Shown here: positions 51,507 through 58,735 of the stretch, piece after piece | Layout: every line of letters starts with the position of its first letter | Numbering within the stretch: position 1 is the stretch's first letter | Assembly: GCA_035532215.1 (NCBI GenBank) | Contig: DATKRK010000416.1 | Span: forward strand, 13,183-77,182 | Direction: 5' to 3' | From: Pirellulales bacterium | GTDB taxonomy: Bacteria; Planctomycetota; Planctomycetia; Pirellulales; JAICIG01 | Length of the DNA stretch: 64,000 nt | The notes under the pieces: generated by a model | What the model saw: only the letters and a program-made list of their open reading frames with translations | Database searches by the model: none | Told to the model about the DNA's origin: nothing | Translations under genes and position numbers: made by a program

Positions 51507-52421
51507 ATGCAGTTCAACGAATGGGTAACGCTCTACGCCCATTACCGAGACTTGGCCTCAAAATCGGGCGCACGCCACAACTCGGTTTATCGAACGTTCG
51601 AGACCTTTTACGACACGCACATCAAGGATGCAGAGAGCAGGCGCAGTGAGATGGATGCGAGCCATCTCCACATGGAGCGAGCGTGGTATAGCGAACGACG
51701 ACCATATTACAACGTCTACCCGAAGATCATCCCGCACCTAACGGCCGTTCGTCTCGACTGCCCTGTCTCAGTGGTCGAGCCACCGGTGCCTTATCTATTG
51801 GTCCGGTTACCCGCCGCCGACAATCCTCTATCGTTTGCCCACGAAGGCCGCCCCTATAATCTTCGAGGAATTCTTTTTGGTGTTTTTGAGTTCCTCTACA
51901 CTGGAAGACATCGCTTTGATATGTGGCTCGACATCGGTGAGACGGGAGTTGATGACCGACCCGTTTACACGCTTCGCAGCTTCAACTTCGACCGAGAACG
52001 ATCCGTCGAGGAAGCGATCAATGAGGGGAAGACCGATCCCTCGATCAATTATGGCGTGCTGCTTCCCACCGATTTTCAGCTTCAAGCCATAAAACTGGTT
52101 TGTTGCCTCTGCCTGCTAAGAGGAGATCCCGATGTAATTGAGCCTGACGTTTTAGTCGACGATCAGGATAAATACGAGCAAACCGGGGACCAACGGTACG
52201 TCGAGAAAGCCCATCGGCGGGGCAAGGTAGGCTGGACCGTAGGCAAGCAGATCGAAAAAGCCCCTCACTGGCGACGGCCACATTTTGCGCTGTTCTGGAC
52301 GGGAAAGGGGCGAACCATTCCCAAGATCGGGCTGCGAAAGGGGGCAATCGTCAAGCGAGCCGTGGTCGGCGAGATTCCCACCGGCTACCTCGACGATAAG
52401 GAGAAGCCCGGCGCAAGCTAA
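51507..52421 (+). CDS. hypothetical 304-aa protein, no recognisable family
   Basis: GAAAGGA lies about 7 nt upstream of ATG 51507. Codon usage and GC look atypical for the window by eye. It has no signal peptide or TM segment. The basic C-terminal segment is APHWRRPHFALFWTGKGRTIPKIGLRKGAIVKR. It lies inside the TIR-bounded segment. Confidence 0.6.
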   Translation: MQFNEWVTLYAHYRDLASKSGARHNSVYRTFETFYDTHIKDAESRRSEMDASHLHMERAWYSERRPYYNVYPKIIPHLTAVRLDCPVSVVEPPVPYLLVRLPAADNPLSFAHEGRPYNLRGILFGVFEFLYTGRHRFDMWLDIGETGVDDRPVYTLRSFNFDRERSVEEAINEGKTDPSINYGVLLPTDFQLQAIKLVCCLCLLRGDPDVIEPDVLVDDQDKYEQTGDQRYVEKAHRRGKVGWTVGKQIEKAPHWRRPHFALFWTGKGRTIPKIGLRKGAIVKRAVVGEIPTGYLDDKEKPGAS

Positions 52422-52565
52422 TCATTTCTGGGGCTGGGAATAAGGCAATTTTGTTCGCCGGCCAGGAATTGCGCTTCATTCTTTTTCGTTTCGTTTAATC
52501 AGGGCATTTGGGAGCAAAGCCCTCACAAGCTGCGAAATCGAAAATCCAAAATAATCGCAAAAAAT

Positions 52566-53861
52566 CTACGCCGCCTTGCGAACGTAGTCGAACTGCGACG
52601 CGGCCTTGTTCCAGCGGCGCAAGGCCATCGCCGCCATGTGCCCGCCAAAGGCGACCGAGAGCTTGAGCGCGTGCTCGAATGGGCTGCGGCGGCCGACGAG
52701 CGGAATGCAATCGAGATCGCACTCGGGGTCGGGATCGGTCAGATTCACGGTCGGCGGGGCGAAGCCGTCGCGCAAGGCGAGCGCCGTGATCGCCAATTCG
52801 ACGCTGCCCGCGGCGTTCACCAGGTGGCCGAGCATCGACTTGGTCGAGCTCAGGCAAATTCGGTCGGCGGCGCTGCCCAAGGCGCGGCGAATGCCGCGCG
52901 TTTCGACCACGTCGTTCTGCTGCGTGCCCGTGCCGTGGGCGTTGATATAGCCCACGTCGTCCGGGCTCAGCCGGGCTTGTTTGAGCGTCGCCGAAATCAG
53001 ATAGGCGAGCGATTCGCTTTCGGCGTCGAGCCCGGTGAGGTGATAGGCTTGGGCTTGCATCTTGCCGCCGATCACTTCGGCGTAGATGTCGGCTTCGCGG
53101 CGCAAAGCGTGGCTCAGGCGTTCGACGACGAACATCGCTGCGCCTTCGCCCATCACGAAGCCGCTGCGGCGGACGTCGAACGGGCGGCAGGCCTGCTGCG
53201 GATCGTCGTGCGTGGCCAGCACGCGCATGGCTTGAAAGCCCGCGGCGAACAGCGGATGAAACGTCTCGGCGCTGCCGGCCAAGGCGATATCGCATTGGTC
53301 ATCGCGAATGGCGCGGACGGCCGACAGCACCTCGATCAACCCGCTGGCGCAGGCCGTCGAATGGCAAAGCCGGGGGCCTGTTAAGCCATAGCGATTGGCG
53401 ACCAGAGAACACGCGGTATTCGGCAGCCATTGATGCCACCAAGGCAGATCCTTGGCGTGCGGCGCCGGCCAGCGGCCCGGCTGCTCGTCGAACCAGCCGG
53501 TATCGCCCATGTGGCCGCTTACGGCGCAGCCGAATCGCTGCGGCTCGATTCGCGCCAGATCGACGTGCGCGTCCGCCATCGCTTCGGCGGCGGCCTGCTG
53601 GCACAGGGCAATCGTTTTGAGCTGGCCCGGATACTCCAGCGAAGTCCGAACCGGGGCGCCGATGGCCAGGCCCGCGGGAATCTCGGGCAGCCCGGCCAGA
53701 GAGCGAACGCCGCTTTGCCCTCGGCGCACGGCTTGCCAGACGGTTTCGCGATCGTCGCCAACGGCGGCAATCAGACCGATGCCCGTGATGACGATCGCGT
53801 CCCGCTCGGGGTTTAGCGTCGCAACCCCTCTGCTCATCTTGCTCGCCGCCTCAAGGTGCAC
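52566..53861 (-). CDS. beta-ketoacyl-ACP synthase, KAS-II (FabF)-like
   Basis: IVITGIGLIAAVG N-terminus, active-site Cys in HSTACASG, and His residues in NAHGTGTQQND and SMLGHLVNAAG (C-H-H triad). The start may instead be ATG 53837. It is not next to other fab genes. Confidence 0.8.
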   Translation of the reverse strand: MHLEAASKMSRGVATLNPERDAIVITGIGLIAAVGDDRETVWQAVRRGQSGVRSLAGLPEIPAGLAIGAPVRTSLEYPGQLKTIALCQQAAAEAMADAHVDLARIEPQRFGCAVSGHMGDTGWFDEQPGRWPAPHAKDLPWWHQWLPNTACSLVANRYGLTGPRLCHSTACASGLIEVLSAVRAIRDDQCDIALAGSAETFHPLFAAGFQAMRVLATHDDPQQACRPFDVRRSGFVMGEGAAMFVVERLSHALRREADIYAEVIGGKMQAQAYHLTGLDAESESLAYLISATLKQARLSPDDVGYINAHGTGTQQNDVVETRGIRRALGSAADRICLSSTKSMLGHLVNAAGSVELAITALALRDGFAPPTVNLTDPDPECDLDCIPLVGRRSPFEHALKLSVAFGGHMAAMALRRWNKAASQFDYVRKAA

Positions 53862-53932
53862 GTGAAAATGGGGCCGTTATCCCCAGCCCGCCATTTGGGG
53901 CGTCGCAAGGTAGCGAAATCGACCAACGGCGG

Positions 53933-54070
53933 CTAGCCCGGATTATTCATCAGCCCCGAGAATGCTCGACAAAGCGCTTCATACTAACCCGAAGCGCTAG
54001 CGAGGTAAGGAGATTGCTCCACCTCGCTTGCGCTTCGGGTTGGTGTGGGCTGACGAATAATCCGGGCTAG
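53933..54070. repeat. 138-bp nested-palindrome (MITE/REP-like) element, family B, copy 1
   Basis: Terminal inverted repeats CTAGCCCGGATTATTCATCAGCC ... GGCTGACGAATAATCCGGGCTAG. The inner hairpin is AACCCGAAGCGC.AGCGAGGT ... ACCTCGCTTGCGCTTCGGGTT. Confidence 0.85.
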
Positions 54071-54123
54071 AGGAGTTTGCCGACCACTTTCGGCCACTTT
54101 CGGCCAGGGAGCAACTCGCGCAA

Positions 54124-54681
54124 TTATTCCGTGATTTCTCGAATAACCCGGCAGGGATTCCCGGCGGCGAACACGCCATCCGGGACGTCGCGCGTGACGA
54201 CGCTTCCGGCTCCGATCACGGATTTCGAGCCGATCCTTACGCCCGGGCAAATGATAGCACCGCCCCCGACCCACACATCCGATCCGATCTCGATCGGTTT
54301 GCCAAACTCCTGCCTTCGACGCAGTTCGGCATTCATCGGATGGGTGGCGGCGTAGATCTGCACCGCCGGGCCGAACATCGTGAAATTCCCGATCCTGACC
54401 GGGCACACGTCGAGCACGACGCAATTGAAATTGAAAAACACCCGCTCTCCGAGCCAGATGTTCTTCCCATAGTCGCAATAAAAGGGCGGCTGGAGCCAGA
54501 CGGACTCCCCGCCCTGCCCGAACAGTTGCTTCAGAATCGAGCGTCGAGCGTCGCCGTCCCGTTCACGGGTAAGATTCAAGTCTTGGCACAAATCTCTCGC
54601 ACGCTCGCGAGCTTGGACGAGCTCCGCGTCGAGCGGATCGTAAAGCTCTCCCGCCAACATCTTCTCTTGTTCCGTTGGCAT
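54124..54681 (-). CDS. maa: maltose/galactoside O-acetyltransferase (hexapeptide-repeat, Maa/LacA-like)
   Basis: MPTEQEKMLAGELYDPLDAELVQARERARDLCQDLN is the Mac N-terminal domain. The hexapeptide left-handed beta-helix follows: IGNFTMFGPAVQIYAATHP...IGSDVWVGGGAIICPGVRIGSKSVIGAGSVVTRDVP. The start is taken at the internal ATG 54681. Confidence 0.8.
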   Translation of the reverse strand: MPTEQEKMLAGELYDPLDAELVQARERARDLCQDLNLTRERDGDARRSILKQLFGQGGESVWLQPPFYCDYGKNIWLGERVFFNFNCVVLDVCPVRIGNFTMFGPAVQIYAATHPMNAELRRRQEFGKPIEIGSDVWVGGGAIICPGVRIGSKSVIGAGSVVTRDVPDGVFAAGNPCRVIREITE

Positions 54682-55180
54682 CGACGGCTCAAGACCCTCG
54701 GTAAAACAGATAACCCGCGGAATTGCCACCCCCAATTCCTAGACCTGACAAAGCACTAGTATGGTAATGAACCTCATCTCGGCTTCCCAGAGGCAAGTCG
54801 ATCGAGAATCGAGATTTACCGCGAGGCCAACTCCGGTTGCCGCGGGCGATTTTAGGGATTATATCAAGGCGGACGCACGGCGCTCCACGTCGCAGAAGCC
54901 GAAACGAAGGAGGTTCAAGGAAAACTTCGAGGACGTCGAATTGGGCCAGAACATCCTGGACCAGGGCGGTCGAGGAAATTGACCAGCCAATTCGAAACGT
55001 GATGCCGTTGCTCAACGCGTTTTCGGTCGCGCGTCGTGCATTTCCTCGAGCGTCTCGCCTCGGCGGCCAAGCCACTACGCCGGTATCGTAGGCACGGCTG
55101 CGCGCGACGGACCGATCAAGCGCGGGTCACACGAAGGCGCGGCCGAGGCGGCCGACCGTGAGAGTCAACTGCGGCAAACG

Positions 55181-55627
55181 GGCCATCTTGGGGCGGCGAC
55201 TTGGCGTGGAAACCTACGAGAAAGACCGGAATGCCTCCGAAGATGGCCAACTTCGTCGATCTTCTTGGCCAGGCTGGCGGCCTTCCGCAACCGGCTACGC
55301 CCGAGATGCGGCAGGTGCGACTGGGGCACGCCCGAAGATGGCCAATGGCGCTGGCAACCATCGCCAAGATGGCCACTTTCAACGGCCGGCGAATCGCGAT
55401 TGGCCGGAAACGGCCGGATCAGACGCCAAGATGGCCAACCGCGCCGGCTGTACTTTGCCAAGATGGCCGCCTTCGACGGCCGGCGAGGCCCGCGTTTGAC
55501 CGGCAAGCGCTGGATCAAATGCCAAGGTGGCCAACCGCGCGGGGATTCTTCGCCAAGATGGCCACCTTGGCCTGTTGGAAGGCCGGATCGCGGGTGAGAA
55601 CGAAAGGAGTGGCTGCCAAGATGGCCA
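55181..55627. promoter_or_regulatory. non-coding array of about nine copies of GCCAAGATGGCCA (half-palindrome centred on TGGCCA)
   Basis: Direct copies lie at 55237-55251, 55331-55346, 55361-55376, 55422-55440, 55455-55470, 55521-55536 (AAGGTGG variant), 55551-55566 and 55613-55627. An inverted copy lies at 55181-55192. From 55331 onward, spacings alternate roughly 31 and 62 nt (a degenerate ~94-bp unit). The copies fall in all three reading frames. Confidence 0.7.
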
Positions 55628-55786
55628 GTCACTGCCGCCTTACCTGCGCTCGATCGCTTCGCGCAGCACGGCCGCCGCCAGCCGCAGCCGGGCGTATTCC
55701 TCGACGTCGCCGGCGAGTTCGGCCAGCAGGTTCTGGGCCTTGCCGGCCGCCACTTGGACATGCATCCATTCGCCGCTGACAGAGCG

Positions 55787-56761
55787 CTAAGCGACCTGAA
55801 ACGGCAGCGGGCGGCCTTCCAGCCCGGCCAACAGATTGTCGACGGAAATTTCCGCCATCCGCCGCCGGGTTTCGAGCGTCGCGCTGCCCAAGTGGGGCAC
55901 GATCACCAAGTTCGGCAAGGCGAGCAGGCGGTGGCCGCGAGGCAGCGGCTCGGGGTCGGTGACGTCGAGCGCCGCAGCGGCGATTCGCCCCGTTTCGAGC
56001 GCTTCGAGCAAGGCCTGCGTATCGACCACCGGCCCGCGAGCGATGTTCACCAGCGTGGCCGTGGGCTTCATCTTGGAAAACGCCCGAGCGTCGATCAAGC
56101 CCTTGGTTTCTTCTGTCAGCGGGCAAGTCAGCATCACGTAATCGCTCTCGGCGAGCAGATCCTCGAACGCCGCATAGCGCACGCCGAGTTCGGCTTCGGC
56201 GTCTGGGCAGCGGCGCCGATTGTGGTACAACACCCGCATGTCGAAGCCGCGAGCCCGGCGAGCCACCTGCCGGCCGATGCGTCCCAAGCCGACGATGCCC
56301 AGCGTGGCCGAGTGGACTTCGCGGCCCAGCATGTAGCCCGGATCGTAAACGGTGAACTCGGGCGAACGGGCGTACCGGTCTCCTTCAATCAAACGCCGCG
56401 CCGAGGCCAGCAGCAAGGCGAAGCCCAAATCGGCCGTAGCGCCATCTAAAATGCCCGGCGTGTTGCCGACCGGGATGCCTCGCTGGCAGGCGTCGGCTAG
56501 GCGAATATGGTCGACGCCGACGCCGTAATTGCTGATGACCTTCACGCCCGGCAGCCGGTCGAGCATCGCGCCGTCGACGTGCGGATGCCCGTAGGTATAG
56601 ATTGCATCGACCGGCTCGCGGCTGCCTTCCACGGCCATTTGCCAGGGCAGCCAGGCGACGCGGCCCTCGAGCAATTGCAGAATCGCCGGCGCCAGCGGCC
56701 CGTCGGCGACCACTCGCGGCAAACCGTGGCGACGGGGTTCGGAAGGAGACGGTGAAGGCAT
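55787..56761 (-). CDS. D-isomer-specific 2-hydroxyacid dehydrogenase (glyoxylate/hydroxypyruvate reductase-like)
   Basis: NAD-binding GIVGLGRIGRQVARRARGFDMRVLYHNRR, the catalytic region NIARGPVVD...ALDV and PNLVIVPHLGSAT. The start is taken at ATG 56761 (the ORF track extends to 56806). Confidence 0.85.
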   Translation of the reverse strand: MPSPSPSEPRRHGLPRVVADGPLAPAILQLLEGRVAWLPWQMAVEGSREPVDAIYTYGHPHVDGAMLDRLPGVKVISNYGVGVDHIRLADACQRGIPVGNTPGILDGATADLGFALLLASARRLIEGDRYARSPEFTVYDPGYMLGREVHSATLGIVGLGRIGRQVARRARGFDMRVLYHNRRRCPDAEAELGVRYAAFEDLLAESDYVMLTCPLTEETKGLIDARAFSKMKPTATLVNIARGPVVDTQALLEALETGRIAAAALDVTDPEPLPRGHRLLALPNLVIVPHLGSATLETRRRMAEISVDNLLAGLEGRPLPFQVA

Positions 56762-56915
56762 GCAAGCTCCCGTGTCGTGGTCGATCGTCAGATGACGAGC
56801 AATCATTGTTGGAGCGCCCGAAGGCGACAGTCAAGCCGCGAACGGCTCAACCAAGGTCGCAGACACCAGGCCGGGCGGAAGATGAGGCACTAGCGTGTGA
56901 ACCGGTTCGTCAGGG

Positions 56916-57596
56916 CTACTTCTTGCCGAACAGCGTCTGAAGCCATCCGCGGCGTTTGGGCGTTTCGACCGCCGTGGTTTCCCCGTCCGAATCCGAAGCC
57001 AAGGCTTCGTAATCGCCTTCCGGTAAGGCTTGCTCGCTCTCCTCTTCGGCGGAGACCGTTTTATACTGTGCCCGGCTATGAATGAGACGTGCATTGGTCG
57101 TGGGGCGGCCTTCCAGGCCGCCGGCCATTGACGGCCTGGAAGGCCGCCCCACATGCCGCCCAACCGACTTGCCTTCCCTTCCGTCTTTGCCGTCGCCCGA
57201 TTCTTCGCCGTCCTTGATCTTCTGGCCGCAGTGGCAGCAGACTTTTTCGACGACCCAATTGTAATCGGGAACTTCCTTTTCCGATTGCTTCTTGACCAGC
57301 ACGTTCCTCGTGCGAACCTGGGCGCAGACGGGCTTCAAGACCGCGTGGCAACACTTGATCCCCAGCCGGTTGCGCTCGCACACCTGGCCGCACTTGACGC
57401 TCCGGCCGGGGAGGCAAAAGTCTTCGCTTTCGCACTCGTATTCGATCTTGATTTCTTTCTTCTTTCCGCAAACCAGACGGCAGACCTTTTTGCAATGCCG
57501 CTGGCAACCGCAATGGTCGCAATATTGAAGGCCCGCTTCGCTCGTCGATGCCGTCGCCGCCACGGCGATCGCCAAGGCCAGTTGCAGAAATCTCAT
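56916..57596 (-). CDS. secreted Cys-rich protein, hypothetical
   Basis: Signal peptide MRFLQLALAIAVAATASTSEA, then a region with about 16 Cys (YCDHCGCQRHCKKVCRLVCGKKK...CESEDFCLPG...CGQVCE...KCCHAVLKPVC...VCCHCGQK), then an acidic, low-complexity tail. The start is taken at ATG 57596. Confidence 0.6.
   Translation of the reverse strand: MRFLQLALAIAVAATASTSEAGLQYCDHCGCQRHCKKVCRLVCGKKKEIKIEYECESEDFCLPGRSVKCGQVCERNRLGIKCCHAVLKPVCAQVRTRNVLVKKQSEKEVPDYNWVVEKVCCHCGQKIKDGEESGDGKDGREGKSVGRHVGRPSRPSMAGGLEGRPTTNARLIHSRAQYKTVSAEEESEQALPEGDYEALASDSDGETTAVETPKRRGWLQTLFGKK
57102..57150. repeat. perfect 18-bp-stem palindrome embedded in-frame in the Cys-rich protein gene
   Basis: GGGGCGGCCTTCCAGGCC (57102-57119), 13-nt loop, GGCCTGGAAGGCCGCCCC (57133-57150). 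It is translated as ...GRPSRPSMAGGLEGRP.... Confidence 0.8.
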
Positions 57597-57800
57597 GCGA
57601 ATTCCCCCAAATAAGCTTGCACGAGCCGGCAGTTTCGACGCGGCCCCGACAGCGAAACGCATGCCGTCCATGCTCTCTCATCGGCACTTCGCCGTGGAGA
57701 CATTTGAGCGGCAGACCGGCCTTTACGCATGCGCGAAGGCTGCAAAACTGCGCAAGCTTTAAGGGCTCCAGACGAGGGACGGCCAGTCGATCAAGGCAGT

Positions 57801-57937
57801 TTAGCCCGGATTATTCATCAGCCCACACTAACCCGAAGCGCAAGCGAGGCGGAGCAACGCACTTACCTCGCTGGCGCTTCGGGTTGGTATCGAGCGCTTT
57901 GTCAAGTAATAGCCGGGCTGTGAATAATCCGGGTTAG
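57801..57937. repeat. family B nested-palindrome element, copy 2 (inverted relative to copy 1)
   Basis: The reverse complement aligns with 53933-54070 over its whole length, with most positions matching by manual alignment. The asymmetric internal segment (GACAAAGCGCT...) is on the opposite side of the inner hairpin, which shows the inverted orientation. Confidence 0.8.
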
Positions 57938-57956
57938 AGGTATTGGCCGCGGACGC

Positions 57957-58223
57957 TCAGGTCTCTGCAAATGGTTGCGCCGAAGAGGTTGCGCCCAGGA
58001 AATAGTAGCGCTGCCGGCCGTGCAACTCATCAAGTTCGTAGATGGCGATGCTAGTCGCCGGTTCGCCCGGCACGCTGCGATGCCCGGCCAGAAGCCGGAA
58101 GATGTTGCGGCTGACCGGCAGCGCAACCGTGTCGGCCAGCGACTCCGCCGGGATGGTCACCATCTGCCGATGTCCGTCGAACGGCCCGCCGATGAACTCG
58201 ATTTCATAAGAAGTGGCTGCCAT
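57957..58223 (-). CDS. small hypothetical protein (88 aa)
   Basis: AGGAAAGGA lies 7-8 nt upstream of ATG 58223. The sequence is MAATSYEIEFIGGPFDGHRQMVTIPAESLADTVALPV...YELDELHGRQRYYFLG. No family was recognised. The upstream part of the ORF-track ORF (to 58565) looks non-coding. Confidence 0.45.
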   Translation of the reverse strand: MAATSYEIEFIGGPFDGHRQMVTIPAESLADTVALPVSRNIFRLLAGHRSVPGEPATSIAIYELDELHGRQRYYFLGATSSAQPFAET

Positions 58224-58735
58224 GATCTCGTCCTTTCCTGTACTGATCTCCGTCCGGGCGTTCCTTGAAATCCTGTCCTCACCCACAGCATTTCGCGTGC
58301 CAAAACCAGTTCGTCGCTCATCCAGCGACGTCCGGCGGCAAGTTGCGATCTTTGCGAGCAGCATCGCGATCAAGCGTTTGCGCGAGGGCGCCGTCGCGAC
58401 AACTTGGCGCCTTGCCCCGCGATACGCGTATTGCGATTGTGGCAGAACGAGTCGGCGACAAGCTAATCTTGGGAGGCGCCATTTTTCGCGCCGGGCGTCT
58501 GAAAGAAACTGAATTCTTTTCAACCAACGAGAAAGCCGCGCGGCAAAACGGCACAGCCGCGGCATTTTTGTTCAGCTTCTCGATACGCCGCGCGTTTAAA
58601 AACCGAGCCTCGGCGGCGCGCGATTCGCCAGCCCTCCAGCGTTGCGGCGCCCGAGCGGATGCAGTAGAGTCGAAGACCAGTACGCGTCCTTGGCGTCAAC
58701 GATGGCCCGACGTTCGAGCGAAAGGCGGTCTGGCG

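Larger units (their letters stand above)
51056..52552. mobile_element. candidate ~1.5-kb insertion bounded by imperfect terminal inverted repeats (no recognisable transposase)
   Basis: ATTTTGGATTTTCGATT at 51056-51072 is the perfect reverse complement of 52536-52552. An inner pair, CTCCCAAATGCCC at 51101-51113, is the reverse complement of 52502-52514, in collinear order. The segment fills the whole spacer between the convergent uvrC (stop 51048-51050) and KAS (stop 52566-52568) genes. By eye it is less GC-rich than its flanks. Confidence 0.4.

Noticed and set aside
51212-52421. A retron (inverted-repeat-flanked msr/msd plus RT), type III toxin-antitoxin (repeat RNA, terminator, toxin) or IS110 bridge-RNA interpretation of the RNA unit plus 304-aa ORF.
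   Set aside because: The ORF has no reverse-transcriptase motifs (no QGxxxSP or YxDD context) and no DEDD/RuvC-like IS110 N-terminus. The RNA region contains no tandem direct repeats such as ToxI. The architecture is only superficially similar, so it is reported as unclassified instead.
53984-54478. ORFs running through the family B elements and neighbouring spacers (e.g. 53984-54478, 53997-54179, 57548-57937, 57729-57923) and through the 22697-23213 spacer (22753-23022, 22617-23198).
   Set aside because: They are generated by the palindromic repeats themselves (the same peptide ...SAHTNPKRKRGG... appears from both copies) or lie in regulatory spacers. They lack RBS, homology-like motifs and codon bias.
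54736-55180. Possible genes in the gene-less stretch upstream of the motif array (54761-54982 plus strand, 73 aa; 54689-55075 minus strand, 128 aa).
   Set aside because: Both are highly basic or low-complexity, mutually overlapping, lack recognisable motifs and show weaker third-position GC bias than the confident genes. They are left unannotated.
55181-55627. A CRISPR array interpretation of the GCCAAGATGGCCA repeat region.
   Set aside because: The conserved core is only about 12-14 nt, against 28-37 nt for CRISPR repeats. The spacing alternates ~31/62 nt and the intervening sequences are partly homologous to each other (a degenerate ~94-bp tandem unit). There are no cas genes or leader in the window.
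55640-55765. A 41-codon minus-strand ORF (MHVQVAAGKAQNLLAELAGDVEEYARLRLAAAVLREAIERR) lying in the same frame immediately after the dehydrogenase TAG stop. It could be a small helical protein or a read-through extension.
   Set aside because: It has no RBS and is very short. Ala/Leu/Arg-rich helices arise easily by chance in GC-rich DNA. I have nothing beyond the open frame to support it. It is worth a look only if Ribo-seq data exist.
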